From the IMG/VR virus record IMGVR_UViG_3300011116_000483, positions 1 through 47,069 of that record: a stretch of DNA of 47,069 nt. One strand, 5' to 3'. Position numbers and translations under genes: made by a program. This DNA is from a virus. Lineage: Duplodnaviria > Caudoviricetes. The notes beneath the pieces were generated by a model. The model was not told the DNA's origin. It searched no databases and saw nothing but the letters and a program-made list of their open reading frames with translations. Position 1 is the first letter of the stretch, and the number at the start of each line of letters is the position of its first letter. This document shows positions 45,973 to 47,069 of this stretch, piece after piece.

Positions 45973-46360
45973 AGTTTGTCTCCACACTTAGCAAGGGCGT
46001 GGTAGCACACGCTTGTGTCCGTGCTGTCTCCGTAATCAATAAGTGAGGCAAGGTAGTTGCCGTTTTCCAAAAACCACAAAGTGTAAACCTGTGGTTTGCC
46101 GTATCGCCCGTATTTGTCGGTGAGAGATGAGGCAACCTTCGCCGTTGGAGAGTTGGCAAGTTCTTTGTCGTACTCCGCACAGTCAAGGTCTATCCACTCA
46201 ACTGCCTTACCTTCAGTTTCCTCGGCAACAAAGTCGTGTGCCATAGCAATTGCTCGGTTCATCGTTCCCACCTTTCATCAGCCAGCCACGCTTCTCCTGC
46301 TTCACAGAACTCTTTGGCAAGGGCGAGTTTGCTTGGCTCTTGCCCGTCGTATGTTGTGCC
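45608..46360. repeat. 753-bp direct repeat, copy 2
   Basis: Matches 2265..3017. Confidence 0.95.
45969..46262 (-). CDS. duplicate of 2626..2919
   Basis: Identical translation. Confidence 0.75.
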   Translation of the reverse strand: MNRAIAMAHDFVAEETEGKAVEWIDLDCAEYDKELANSPTAKVASSLTDKYGRYGKPQVYTLWFLENGNYLASLIDYGDSTDTSVCYHALAKCGDKL

Positions 46361-46507
46361 GACATAAAACGACTTCACACACCCAAAGGGGTCATAGAAA
46401 CAACGAAGGTGTGCATCCTCGTAAGTAATCAACCAATCATCCCAACGCCAACACCGAACGGTTCCCCAACCCTTGAAGGTCTCAACGCTTTCAATCCACT
46501 CGTTCAT
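46259..46507 (-). CDS. Trp-rich hypothetical protein
   Basis: MNEWIESVETF...LADERWER; ATGA-coupled on both sides. Confidence 0.65.
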   Translation of the reverse strand: MNEWIESVETFKGWGTVRCWRWDDWLITYEDAHLRCFYDPFGCVKSFYVGTTYDGQEPSKLALAKEFCEAGEAWLADERWER

Positions 46508-46665
46508 GGCCTGTTCCATCCTTTGATTTCTGGCTTGTAGCAACGAGGGTCACCGTTGACGATGTGAACCCAGTCCCACCCACCGCTGTCGTACGAGTAA
46601 GGGCAAATGAGTTCACCGCAACTTTCGCAATAGAAGTTGTCGTTTACAGGGTATGCAATTGGCAT
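46504..46665 (-). CDS. small CxxC/H/C protein
   Basis: MPIAYPV...CESCG...WVH...C; TAATG-coupled. Confidence 0.6.
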   Translation of the reverse strand: MPIAYPVNDNFYCESCGELICPYSYDSGGWDWVHIVNGDPRCYKPEIKGWNRP

Positions 46666-46802
46666 TAGAGTTTCTCTCCACACTTCGGGCAGTAAGGCAA
46701 CGCAAAGTGATTGTTCCATAAGGCATTTGCAAAATCTTGATGAACGTTGCACTCTGTTTGTGCAGGGCTAACTGAGCCATTCGTGCGCTGCTGCTGGTTC
46801 AT
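46665..46802 (-). CDS. 45-aa minimal member of the MNQQQR...CPKCGEKL family (not in ORF track)
   Basis: [45 protein letters not shown]; SD ggagg. Confidence 0.7.
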   Translation of the reverse strand: MNQQQRTNGSVSPAQTECNVHQDFANALWNNHFALPYCPKCGEKL

Positions 46803-47068
46803 GGCGTTGCCTCCCTCACCACATAACCGTCCACAACCTCGTATCCCTCTGGTAGCAGGGTGTCCTTGTCACCACGGCAGTTGGTGAGGTCGGCACACCA
46901 GAGGTTGGCACTCGCAAGGTTGGCATCCGTGAGGTCGGCACTCGCAAGGTTGGCATCCGTGAGGTCGGCACCCGTGAGGTTGGCACCCCAGAGGTTGGCA
47001 CCCGTGAGGTTGGCACCCCAGAGGTTGGCACCCGTGAGGTTGGCACCCCAGAGGTTGGCACCCGTGAG
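46799..47068 (-). CDS. pentapeptide-repeat protein (5'-truncated by window edge)
   Basis: 15-bp tandem repeats read [15 protein letters not shown]...[11 protein letters not shown] (A[N/D]Lxx). Confidence 0.9.
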   Translation of the reverse strand, partial: LTGANLWGANLTGANLWGANLTGANLWGANLTGADLTDANLASADLTDANLASANLWCADLTNCRGDKDTLLPEGYEVVDGYVVREATP

Positions 47069-47069
47069 G

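Noticed and set aside
46816-47061. ORF-track protein with [10 protein letters not shown] repeats
   Set aside because: Shifted frame of the pentapeptide-repeat gene

Overview
A tailed dsDNA phage sequence, most likely a podovirus-like phage of Actinobacteria (WhiB gene, extended -10 and leaderless promoters, N4-gp56-type capsid, no tape-measure or sheath gene). The window is cut inside a gene at both ends. Layout: (i) 1-1400, rightward small genes containing two tRNA-like mini-elements, ending at a terminator. (ii) 1417-12373, a leftward early/middle operon: Cys-rich micro-ORFs, two AP2 proteins, WhiB, DnaA-C-like HTH, Holliday junction resolvase, ERF, Cas4-like nuclease, class II glutamine amidotransferase and amidoligase. 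(iii) 12380-13830, about 1.4 kb of non-coding DNA holding a structured boxA-like leader, a probable packaging/terminus region, an AT-rich patch and a ~300-nt highly structured candidate ncRNA. (iv) 13880-45248, a rightward late operon: SSB, terminase, portal, a 3234-aa internal virion protein with an ADP-ribosyltransferase domain, scaffold, capsid with a large insertion, collagen-like fibre, tail, lysis genes, phosphoesterase and DUF6378. (v) 45275-47069, leftward small genes that repeat 2265-3017 almost exactly and end in a pentapeptide-repeat gene. I recognised no DNA polymerase, primase, helicase or integrase. The strongest novelty candidates are the non-coding RNA elements and a set of small genes joined by a shared junction motif. 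All calls are by eye from motifs; no searches were run, and the 753-bp repeat may reflect a chimeric assembly.
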